From Botryllus schlosseri (lineage: Eukaryota), in assembly GCA_051294905.1 (NCBI GenBank), contig CM119373.1, forward strand, positions 9,176,001 through 9,240,000: DNA of 64,000 nucleotides, read 5' to 3'. Made by a program: the position numbers and the translations under genes. The number at the start of each line of letters is the position of its first letter. The first letter of the stretch is position 1. A model generated the notes under the pieces. It ran no database searches and had not been told where the DNA came from. It saw only the letters and a list, made by a program, of their open reading frames with translations. Positions 24,995-36,146 of the stretch are shown piece after piece.

Positions 24995-27900
24995 TGGTCA
25001 TCGATGGCGCCGATATGCGTATTTCTCTAAAATATGCGCATTTTTCTCTTACTGATCATTACAAATGTAGAAGACCTCCAAAACTGATCATTACAAATGT
25101 AGAAGACCTCCAAAGTAATGAAATCTTGCCAAGCGCGACGAAAAGTTTAAGTTGAATAAATCTCCTCTAACAAACAAATGACCAAAGAAATTTGGGCCCT
25201 TTTGAGCTCCCCCAAAGCAGTTTCAGGTGCGGCAGTTACGTTCTTGGGAGATCGTATAACTCTTGTGTACATTAATATGGCCGCTGTTTCACTCACATCG
25301 CGAAACCCAATAATCTAATCCCCGCATCCACTGTGTGATTGCGGTTTTACTGCCATTATGGCGCGGATTGGGGCTGGGCCAGCTTCAAACAATTCTTTGG
25401 TGAAAGGGTTACTGCACAGATGTGTGGAGATAGAATATTTCAATGTTTAAGCTGTCCCCAACACGCGGCCCGCGAGGTCATATTTTGCGGCCCACGACTT
25501 GATTTGAGATTTCGGAAGAACGATTAGAAAACAATTTGAAAGGTAAAAGTTACGCGCAATGGCCCAAACATTGCCAAGACCGAGACGTTCAGAAAACGGC
25601 TTAGGGCTTTGGTTCTGAAACTGGGGCCTTGTGGGGGCGTAAAAGCATCTGAAGAAGGCGCGGAGCTGCGGCAAACTGAACCTTTTCTCGTGCTCCGTGC
25701 GATTCATCTCGTTTTCAGAGTTCTCGTTTTCAGAGTTACAGTTATTGCTATGTGTATAATACGGAACATATTACATGTGCACATTCATATAGCTAATTAC
25801 TTATGATTTGATTACACAGGCTGGGCGTGAAGTCCAAGGCAAAATCGCGGAGTGGTACGATATACAGTTCGCATGCATCAAACAGGGACGCGCCACATTC
25901 TACGATCGTACCCGATCGGATGCAAGATGTGCCATAAAGCGTTGCACGTGTCAAATACGATTATCCCGACAGTATTACTTCCGCAGCGGTACGAGTAGCC
26001 AATTGTCTGGCAAGAGTCACCAGTCACTAGAAATCTGTAAGTGATACAGGTATATCAAAAACAGTGTTGAAAAGTATCAAAAGGGCATTCATACCATACA
26101 TTCATGTAATACAGAAGCAGTGGAAAAATCCGGCTTCTTGGTTATTGGTCCGTTACGTAGTCTAGTAAATCCGGATGATGAAATTGGCTGCGAAAAACAC
26201 TGAAACTGGAACGGAACTCATTGAATCCAAATTTGAGAAAAATAAAACCGGAAAAATTATTACTTCGCATTATCGTGGATAAATCAACAAATCTCTGCTG
26301 AAATACAAAAATGCTGTGTCATCGGTCGTTGCGTTGCACGAATCTCGATAACAGGAATCGACAAATAGCATGCGGGGACACAATACCGCGTATATGAAAG
26401 AAGCACCTTTTCCTGGGCTGTTACCACCACAAACATTCGAAGGGTGTTGCCTTACACACTTGCCAATAAAGTCTCGCACCAAGCGGAAAATATCGAAGAT
26501 ATGGATACTGTAGCCGTTAAATGTGACGCAAACCACATTTGTTGGTTCGATATACTCTCCACAAGATCATCACCTGCTTTTACGTGTAACGGACCCGCAC
26601 CCAGCAGGCAAAAAACACTTCCGATCCCAATGGCTGGTCTGGTTGACAGTGACAATGATATACCGATATATCGAAAATTCCGCTTCAATTGCTTGCTTAC
26701 AAGAAACAAATTTTCTGCGTCAATCCGGTATACCCAAAATATGTTGTTCGCTATACCCAAAATATGTTTCGTCTGTTTTGTTATACCCTGTACTCTGGCG
26801 AAAGCACGTTACCTCGCTGACAGTCAGCAGTGATGACGAATATATCTCACGATTTGACTCTCATTCGGTCCTTCACCAATTGATTTCAAAATGAAATTGA
26901 TCGGGCATTTATTTCCGCACGTGAACAACACCACCCGGTGTTATACGGGGGTTCAAATTGGAGTGTTCGGTCAAACAATCGGATTCAGCCAGCTGCGGTG
27001 TTTGTGTTTGCATGCCTGCGGACGCAGTATGTTTCCCTAAGCGTGTTTCCCTAATTGGCTTAGTTATTATTGCTGCTCCGCCGATCAGCTTGATAGCCAA
27101 ATCGCACAAATTCGAGCATGGATACTATTTAAGATCATCTGTTACGCCACGAAATTGGACGCGAGAATACACCACATTAGGTCTGCCGTGCCCAAAGGTC
27201 ATACATACCGTTTCATGAATACTTGTACTTGGTGGATCCCATACGTCATCGATCTGATTAGTTGCATTCCTGTTGTGTGTCTGTATTCGCAGTTATCGTA
27301 ATTATTATATTATTGTTATATTTCTTGTTCATTAAATGTGCATTTCAATTGTTGTCGTGATACTGCTTCCGAATGCTTGTTGGAGAAATCGGACCCTTTC
27401 CCGCCGTCGGGAACGCGTGAATTGCTGAATTCCGAAATGCTCTTTCGAAAGACATTACTCACTACCTGTTCGATATCCACACCGGACATGCGGAATTAAT
27501 CGCTATTCGCATGAGCTACGAATGCACTAATGCATTGTGCGGCACTAATATATATGTGATATGCGACCGGATGTTTACCGTGCCAGTAGTTCAGCTCTGC
27601 ACCCGTACCAGTAGTTCAGTTCTGCACCCGAGTCGTACGCCTCGCAAACCAACTAAAGCGGTTATAATTGCGAAAGGCATATCGCGATTATATATGGTAA
27701 TCATAATTACCGCGACGGAGATTCACTGATCTTAGTGAATCGATTCGTAAGATTTGAGCATTGATCGTTGCTACCAATTCGGCAATTTCGCGGCTTCTTA
27801 TGCGGCCTTGTAAAGAAATGGTGGTCATCTGTATCACAGACCAACTGACATTTTGCGTTCGACAAAAGATTTTTTGCCTTTTCCAAGCCAGGGGGGTTAT

Positions 27901-28101
27901 TACATGCTCTTCGTAAGAACAAAAATCTTCGGTATTCTGAAAATCGCCGAACATTTTTTATGATCGGTATTCCATGCGATCTTGTCACGAACACGAAGAA
28001 AAAAATATTCGGGAATCCGCACAATTATATACGGGAAGCTGCGAACAGTCAATACCATTCGTGTTCGTACGATCGCCATTAGGAAGACTTATTTCGGTAT
28101 C

Positions 28102-29145
28102 ATGGCTGCCCGTTATTTCTTTGTAAATGATCGCACATCGCACTTTGGAAGAGGTCAAGAACGGGAACATTTTGACTTGAACGAGTGGAGCGAGAACGAA
28201 GTCGTTACAGAATTTCGAATGAGCAAAGATGAAATCGATTATTTGTGTTCACTACCTGCATTAAGGAATAGCATGGAACCATTAGGTTATCGTTCGGCAG
28301 ACCTAACTTTACAACACAAAGTTTTGATATCTCTGAAAACGCTTGGTTCAGGGAGCTTTCAGAATTGCAGTAAAGATTTCTTGAACGTATCGCAGCCAAC
28401 TGTGAGCAAAGTGTTGGGTGCATTTTGCGATTCAATGCTTTCGATGGCTCCAAATTATATTTATATGCCAAGAAATAACTCGGAAGTCACTGCCGCAAAA
28501 CGCTGTTTTTATCAAGTAGCGGGTTTTCCTGGCGTAATCGGCTGCGTTGATGGATCTCATATCCCCATAATTGCTCCGCATGATGATGAGTTTGCTTATG
28601 TCAATAGAAAAAGATTTCACTCTATTAATATCCAGGGAATCTGTGATGCAAATCTTTTATTTACCGATGTTGTGGCAAAATGGCCTGGATCAAACCATGA
28701 CTCTTTCATACTTCAAAATTCAAGGATTTTTGACGATTTCGAAAGAGGCAAATTCGGCGATTCTTGGCTTCTGGGGGATAGTGGTTACCCGTTAAAGAAC
28801 TGGCTGATGACTCCTATAATCGGCGGAAACACGGAGGCAGAGAAAAAATACAATAGGCTACACCGCAAAACACGTTGCTTGATAGAAAGAGCATTTGGTG
28901 TGCTGAAAAGTAGGTGGAGGATATTAGACCACACGGGAGGAAGTATGTGTTATTCTCCTGCGAAAGCTGCAAAGATTACAGTGACATGCTGCTTGCTTCA
29001 CAACATCTGTCGCAGGAATGGAACGCCACTGCCCAACTGTAATCCGGATTTAATTTGCCCCTGGGATGTTCAAGACCACGACGTAACTCTCACTGCAACT
29101 CCTACAGCATTGAGGAAAAGGCGGAAAATTTTGGAACTACTGTAA
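28102..29145 (+). CDS. Harbinger DDE transposase (HARBI1-like), 347 aa from the first ATG
   Basis: Uninterrupted ORF with GCVDGSHI, GDSGYP and IERAFGVLKSRW (complete DDE triad). Confidence 0.96.
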   Translation: MAARYFFVNDRTSHFGRGQEREHFDLNEWSENEVVTEFRMSKDEIDYLCSLPALRNSMEPLGYRSADLTLQHKVLISLKTLGSGSFQNCSKDFLNVSQPTVSKVLGAFCDSMLSMAPNYIYMPRNNSEVTAAKRCFYQVAGFPGVIGCVDGSHIPIIAPHDDEFAYVNRKRFHSINIQGICDANLLFTDVVAKWPGSNHDSFILQNSRIFDDFERGKFGDSWLLGDSGYPLKNWLMTPIIGGNTEAEKKYNRLHRKTRCLIERAFGVLKSRWRILDHTGGSMCYSPAKAAKITVTCCLLHNICRRNGTPLPNCNPDLICPWDVQDHDVTLTATPTALRKRRKILELL

Positions 29146-29167
29146 AAACTTTGATATTTATTAACTC

Positions 29168-29917
29168 TCACACATCAAAATTATAATAAACAGGCTGTTG
29201 AAATTCTTCCCTGGCTGCTAGGTCCTGAGATGTTTGAGGGTTCATGCTACGCAATATGATATCGTTGTGTCTTTTGAACTCGAGTAGGAAATTTGAGAGA
29301 ATAGTATTAGTTGCACGGAGTTCCTCGTGGATTTTCTTTATACCATCTTTAATCTCGAGCTCAGCCTTCACAATTTCTTCCCCTTGTTGCTCTCGTCGGC
29401 TTAGTTTGACTCTATTGGATGACGAGCGACCGTCATCGGTAGGAGTGGTTCTTTTCCTCGTCAATGGGGTCACTGGCATCAATGACGCACAGCTATTCAA
29501 ATTTACTGGAGGAGCCGGTGTTGCAGCAGCTGATGCCAAGTATGCCACATCACAGTTTTGTGTATTCGGGATACCTTCTGTGTAAATAGCTCCAATGAAG
29601 TTCGCGATTCTGAAATGCAATTCCGAAGGGACGCTTGCTTCATTTTCACCACCTCCAGTCTTAACTAGTTCTCTTCTGTACTCCGCCACCGATTTTTTTG
29701 CCAGTGACTTCAAATCAAACCACTTTTTTTTTACTTTTTCTGCCTCCAACTTTGATCCATACCCTGCGGCGTTTATTGTTACAGTAATTTCCTGCCATCT
29801 TGCATCAACCATGGCCTTGGTTTTGGAATTGGAGATGGCTCCAGTAAGAAAGTTATAGCTCTCTTCTACCTTCTCAACGAGCAGATCAACTTCTTCCATA
29901 CACCAACGCCTCGGCAT
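29168..29917 (-). CDS. Harbinger Myb/SANT-like DNA-binding protein, 249 aa, intronless
   Basis: WCMEEVDLLVEKV..RWQEIT..KVKKKWFDLK..KTGGG followed by a coiled-coil C-terminus. Confidence 0.93.
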   Translation of the reverse strand: MPRRWCMEEVDLLVEKVEESYNFLTGAISNSKTKAMVDARWQEITVTINAAGYGSKLEAEKVKKKWFDLKSLAKKSVAEYRRELVKTGGGENEASVPSELHFRIANFIGAIYTEGIPNTQNCDVAYLASAAATPAPPVNLNSCASLMPVTPLTRKRTTPTDDGRSSSNRVKLSRREQQGEEIVKAELEIKDGIKKIHEELRATNTILSNFLLEFKRHNDIILRSMNPQTSQDLAAREEFQQPVYYNFDV

Positions 29918-30175
29918 GTTGCTGACTTTTTACTACGGTACCGGTACAGTGTACCAGGTACACTTAACCATGGATTCTCAGGCATGGCATTATGATGTCA
30001 CTGTTAGGTTTCACACTTCCAAATCATCGCGAACAGAAGCCACGAGTACGAACAAAACATGTAATAGGTATCCCGAAGATAATTATTCTGTTCGGTTGAG
30101 CAAGTCCCGCACACGAACGCGATCGCGAACGCGATCACGAACGCGATCACGAATGAGCATGTAATAGCCCCCCAG

Positions 30176-31880
30176 ATCTCCACTGATACAGTTGAATATT
30201 ACAATTATAACCAAGAAGAGTTTTTGCAACTTTTTTTTACAACTCCGGCAGCATCCTAACTACTCAGAAGCTATGTACCTTGTTAGTTCAGACCTCGAGG
30301 ACTCCCTGCAAACCGACATCAACGCTTCTATGGAAGAAATCCTCAGAATCACCTACGAGGGGCCGCACAAACTCATCTCGATTACAACCTTTATGAAAAA
30401 GAAATGCGACGAAACGCTCGATAATAAAAATGAATACGCCGAAGATATCAATTCAAAAACCGACGAGATCAGAAGAAAACTACACAAACCAGAAAGAAGA
30501 CAATGGGATAGAGCAGTGGTCCCCAACCTTTTTCGGCGTCAGGGCCAAATTTAGAATGTTAGAGTACGGTCGGGGCCGCACGAATACCAGGGCAATAAAA
30601 CGGACCTAAAATAGTCATTTAAATATGAAAATTGGCATTGTTCCGATCAATCGCTTGACGCCATTGGGCATTGTTATGGCCATTGTGTTGCGGCGCTAGG
30701 GTTCCTGGACCTCCCATCGTGTCGTGCAACAAAACCCTAACGGAAAACATATCCGGATACGTGGAAAACTATCTTAAACCTCCGGTGAAAAATACACCAA
30801 GTTTTGTCGTAAATACACCAAGTTTTGTCGTGACACCACGGACTTCTTAAACAAACTCAAGAACGTCAATCACTTGAAATCAGCAACATGTTAGTCACCA
30901 TGGACGTGTATCATCCCTGTATACGAGTATTCCGCAAAAAGATGACAAGGAAGCGGTCGAAAGATCTCTTGTAGAAAGTGGACATCCATTGAAAAACATC
31001 ATCGTGGAACTAATCGGCTTCACGCTGACGCACAACATGTTCAAATTTAACCAAGACATATTTCTGCAGCTTCAAGGCATGGCAATGGGCACGAGATTTG
31101 CTCCGCAATACGCGAACCTTTTCATGCACCATTTTGAGGCGGATTTCATGGAGAATCAAACATTTCGGCCTATATTTTACACGCGGTACATCGACGACAT
31201 ATTCATGATATGGACCCATGGCGAACGGTCTCTACAAACGTTTCACGAGGCCATATAAACCAATTCCACCCTAATATTCGCCTAACCATGGAAAGCTCAA
31301 TGGTTGCAGTTCCCTTCCTCGACACGCTCGTCAACACCGAAGAAGGCCGTGTTTTCACGTCACTCTACCGCAAACCAACTGACTCGGGTAAGATTTTATT
31401 TAAATTACCATAGTTCTCATCCGTTACACTGCAAAAAAGGAATATTGTACAGAAAAGCCCTTCGAATACACAAAATCTGCTCAAAGGAAGAGGACAAAAA
31501 TGATCACTTGGAAGTTTTGAGAAATGAACGAACCAAATCTGGCTACGACCAACAGCTAATAATGACTCAAATAAAGAAGGCTCCCATGTACCACGTGAAG
31601 AACTCCTTGGTTGCAGTCCGAATAATGATGAGGAAGCACGAGATCACAGAGTGCATCTGGTCACGACTTATTTTCTGGGAGCAGAAAGGATCCGCATTTT
31701 CTGGGAGCAGAAAGGATCCGCAAGATTTTGCGAAAACATCAGCGAATACATAATAATGATCCAAAATGCAATGAAGTATATCCGAGGAGGCCTACTTAAG
31801 CCATAAGACAACCACGCAGCTTGCGTAACATTTTAGTGAATAGCGAACTACCCCGGTCAAGACAAAAAAAACGGCGTGGA
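30176..31880 (+). pseudogene. Penelope-like retroelement reverse transcriptase, frameshifted, ends before the GIY-YIG domain
   Basis: PIVSCNKTLTENISGYV, DTTDFLNKL, QLQGMAMGTRFAPQYANLFM, RYIDDIFMIW, PFLD, YRKPTD, HSSHP..K, and RSLRNILVNSELP. Confidence 0.92.
30514..30600. mobile_element. hAT left-end fragment inserted in the PLE
   Basis: CAGTGGTCCCCAACCTTTTT terminus. Confidence 0.55.
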
Positions 31881-31920
31881 AAATCGTCATGGTGATACCC
31901 TCCAACTCCACCAAACCTGA

Positions 31921-34260
31921 AAAAAGACCTTCAGAAAACTCTTCGCTACCTTCCGTAACATTATGTTACACACCCAAACTCTTCTTTCACTCTTCTCACA
32001 ACACACTTTAACCTTCACACGTAAAAATAACTCTACTATCGTAGAAAACCCAGACAACTCTACTATCGTAGAAAACCCAGACATTGTACAACGCATATCA
32101 AACTACTTCAACAACCTCAACTCCGCCCAAGAGAAACTCGACCTCATTGTAAACTTAAACTACAAAAATCCAACATTAACCGACACATGTAAGAAGTTTT
32201 CGACAACCTTCAACCAAGACGTTTACAACCTACTCGTTAACACACCAGAATTTAATCGACAAAGACACAACACAGGAGTTTAACACACCCCACACACCTT
32301 TTCATAACTTTACCACTTTCAAACTTTCCTCCTCTCTGTCGGAGATATTAAGTTTAGGACCCTCTTCTATTCCTACACACAGCATTATGGCCACCAAAAC
32401 ACTCACAAATCAAATCACGCACTCTGTATTAGACCTACTACTGAAAACTAACACTCACCACCAAATTCCAACTAAACCTTTTAAGCACCACACACGATCC
32501 AAATCATTACCTCTGTCACAGAAATTAAATTCTGTCATCCGTAAAGCGCACTCGACATACACCAACTGCAACACAAGAAATATCATACTGAATACCTTGG
32601 ACGAACTGGAAATCTTCAGAGCCACAAAAACCTACTATCAACCACACCAAACCAACATCTTCCAAAGCCCAAATCGACAACATCAAGATAATAGCAAATA
32701 GAGATGACATCATTATTAACGTAGCCGATAAGAATCTAGGATTTTGCATGAATACGACGGACTGGTACATACATGAAACCGCACGCCAACTTCAGCATAA
32801 CTTATACAGTACACACCTGTATCACTGAACTTGGACACAGCATTCAACGATAGGACTGATATCATAAAAAAACATTCGGATGTTTTAGATGCACAACACA
32901 TTTCTTTCCTAGAATATCGAACCAAAGATAACTGCCACGTCCCCTTATTTAACCTATTACCAACCCCACAAATTAGGAAAAGGACCTTTTCACCATACCG
33001 ATGAACATAAACTTAAAGCCAGACCCATTATTTCGGCTCACTCATGGATCACCGTAGAACCTGGTAAACTTTTGGGCAACATACTTTCAGAATGGAAAGA
33101 AGACTACATCCAATATCTTCAAAATATGGACATCACACCTACACTGACCAAAAACAGTCGTGAGATCACTTACGCCCTAGATAAAACACCTGTCATCGGA
33201 ACCCTTTTCAACACCCAAATAATCACCTTCGATTTCGAATCGCTACACACCAATCTCAAAAACATTTACGCCATAAATAAAATTAAATCTACACTCGCCA
33301 TCCCCAACATCTACACTCACCATCCCCGACAACATCTTCAACCTTACCATGGATCTCTTCACTTTTGCCAGAGTCTTTGTTTTTTTTCTTCTGCCGATGA
33401 CCTATATAAACAAAGAGATGGTTTAGCAATGGGAAGCTGCTACTCTGCACAAGCCGCCGATCTTACTCTTGCAATCTACGAAGAAGACATATTATCCGAA
33501 ATCTTTACTATTTGGCCATTAATAATTTTCCGCAGATATTTAGACGACGGACTTATAATTACCCACCTATACCATGCTCACCTGAACAGCTTCACCAGTT
33601 ACATCAGCAATATATACCCATATACCCCGCACACTTGATTATTAACATTCAGCTGCAACCTTATTCACAACCTCTTCCTTAATCTTAACATACGTTTCGA
33701 CGAAAGAACCCTTCAAAAAGGATTGATTGGTCATAATACTTCAAACCCGCTTCCCTTTAATCTTATATTCCACACGACAGCAACCATCCCCCTCACACTT
33801 TCACTGGAATTGTAGCAACCGAAATAAACCGGTACAACCACACAAATTCGAACCGTAAATATCTGAAATACACAACGCATACATTCGCATAGATTCAAAA
33901 GTAGACTTCACAAACTTAATTACCCCAGAAGAATCATAAAACAATGCAAGATTATCGCCAACAGAGGTACGAAGAGAGAAAAACTCACCCGTAATCTGAC
34001 CTACATCACACACCAATTCTCCAAAGTCTTCAACCACAAAGAACAGATCCGAAGAATTACCAAACGCAGTTACCCCAGCCCCTTTGGCATTGGATTCAAA
34101 ACTGGAAAGAAATTAAAGCAATATTTTACAAATAACAAACTGATCCACAAAAAGATGAAGACAAAGAAGAAACTGAGCAAGTCAAAAAAGAAGAAGAACC
34201 ATCATTCTAAATTTCAAACACCTTGGGCATTTCCACCTTTCCACCCGCATTACCACTAGC
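31921..34260 (+). pseudogene. PLE-type reverse transcriptase (several frameshifts), basic C-terminal tail, no GIY-YIG
   Basis: FHNFTTFKLSSSLSEILSLGP; DIIINVADKNLG..DWYI; PHK..KARPIISAHSWIT; FDFESLHTN; YKQRDGLAMGS; RRYLDDGLII; SNHPPHTFTGIVATEINRY; RLHKLNYP; GFKTGKKLKQYF; then KMKTKKKLSKSKKKK and a stop. Confidence 0.88.
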
Positions 34261-35113
34261 ACTATTATACAGCATTATTCTTCGTCCCTAACTTTACCCT
34301 TTCAGTTTTCTATACATACATACGTCATACATTTATGCTGCCATGAACCCAACCCATATCTAACTTGCACTCCCCACCTCCATCTTACAGTCCCTAGGAT
34401 ATATTGTCCCCTACCTATACCTTACCCACTCACTAATATAACCCTTTATAGTAACTTTAACCATACCCTAACCGCTAACCCGATCTTCTTTGAACCCCTA
34501 TATTATATTTTATATGACTCATCACCCCGATCCGTACCCTAACCCACCCACCTTATCTCTCCTTACTTTGACTTTACAGTGACATTAACATTTTACCCTT
34601 ATCCTAGAAATGTTTATAACACTAATTGACGTAACAAACCCCAACATTATCCTAACCCACTATGATTGATACCGACCCTTTTAATTAGTTGACCAAAATG
34701 CTAACATTTTACCCTCTCCCATTTACAACCTTAATAACAATGTAATATACTAATTGTTGCCATAAACCCTAACCCACCAACCCATAGAACCCTAAATCCA
34801 CTAACTTTGAGCACCCATTTTCACTCTAACAATTTACCCCCTCCTAACCCCCCCCCGCCATTATTACCCACTCAACCCTCACCTTACCCATACAATCTAT
34901 ATATTTAATAACATATCAAGTTACCGGTCCTTTATAATTTTCACTTATAACATAGCTTTATAGACGTACCCACCCTCATACAACCCCATTACATTATCTT
35001 AATACTCACTAATTAGCCTACCATACTCTCTTCATATTACCTTTATCTCCACCAGGTACACTCTACCCCCTCCCCCACCCCATTACATTATCTAGCCCTT
35101 TCAAACCATAATA

Positions 35114-35469
35114 TAGGCTTACCATATTTTGGAAATCTAAAAAGAGGACACTTTTTCAGAAATTTCATACTTGCAAAACCGGAGAAGAATTCTCAAAAAC
35201 CGGTGAATTTTTTCCCACTTTGTGATCGGTTGACTAAAAAAAAAGTCATCTTTTCGCTCAGAGCTAAATTCACCGTTTTTCACCCCGGAGCTTCACTTAT
35301 GTGCTAATTTGCGGCATATCACTCGCAATTTGCTCTGAATCTGACCTAAATTTTCAAAAAAGAGGACAAAATCTCAAAAACGAGGACAAAAGGGCGTCCT
35401 CCGAGGACACTTTCAAAAAAGCCAAAAAAGAGGACAAATCCTCTTAAAAGAGGACGTATGGTAAGCCTA
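35114..35469. mobile_element. hAT MITE (AAAAGAGGAC family), copy 1
   Basis: Perfect TIR TAGGCTTACCATA; perfect TSD CCATAATA (35106-35113, 35470-35477). Confidence 0.95.
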
Positions 35470-35638
35470 CCATAATATGACCAGTTACTTTACCTCTACC
35501 CACCTCCTACCAATCTATCCCTCCCCCATTACGCCACCCAGTTGATATTATCTATTGTACATATACATCTATACCCCACATCTACTCCGTATCTAGCATT
35601 ACAACTTTGCACTCAAGCTAACACCATATACCCTAAAC

Positions 35639-36146
35639 TAGGCTTACCATATTTTGGAAATCTAAAAAGAGGACACTTTTTCATAAATTTCCAACTTTCA
35701 AAATCGGAGTAGAATTCTCAAAAACCGGTTAATTTTTCCCACTTTGTGACTGGTTAACTAAAAAAAAAAAAAAAGGTCATCTCTTCCGCTCAGAACTCAA
35801 AATACCGTTTTTCTCCCCACGTTGCCAGGTGGATGACTAAAAAAAAAAGGTCATCTTTTCCGCTCAGATCTCAAAATAACGTTTATTACTCCACATCGCC
35901 AGATGGATGACTAAAAAAAAAAAAAAAAGGTCATCTTTTTGCTCTGAGCTAAAATCACCGTTTTTCACCCGTCGGAGCTTCACGTCTGTGCTAATATGTG
36001 GCATATCACTCGCAATTTGCTCTAAATCTGCTCTAAATCCTAAAAAAGAGGACGAAATCTCAAAAAAGAGGACAAAAGGGCGTCCTCCGAGGACACTTTC
36101 AAAAAAGAGGACAAATCCTCTTAAAAGAGGACGTATGGTAAGCCTA
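35639..36146. mobile_element. hAT MITE (AAAAGAGGAC family), copy 2 with internal duplication
   Basis: Perfect TIR TAGGCTTACCATA; perfect TSD CCCTAAAC (35631-35638, 36147-36154). Confidence 0.95.

Larger units (their letters stand above)
27892..30172. mobile_element. Intact, apparently autonomous PIF/Harbinger element, family C (2281 bp)
   Basis: TIRs GGGGGTTATTACATGCTC / GGGGGCTATTACATGCTC; 3-bp TSD CAG; subterminal GAACGCGATC repeats; two uninterrupted convergent ORFs 22 bp apart. Confidence 0.95.

Noticed and set aside
26270-26900. Cluster of overlapping ORFs with weak MULE-like (RCFFH) or CxC-like hints
   Set aside because: The hints conflict between frames and are too short to assign.
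27982-28101. N-terminal extension of the Harbinger C transposase in the ORF track
   Set aside because: Begins at TTG within subterminal repeats; the first ATG at 28102 gives a normal-length protein.
31918-33638. TGA stops in the A+C-rich RT as selenocysteine codons (as in some Naiads) or as programmed frameshifts
   Set aside because: The stops follow changes of frame at several unrelated positions; restoring the motifs needs indels, not readthrough. This is ordinary decay.
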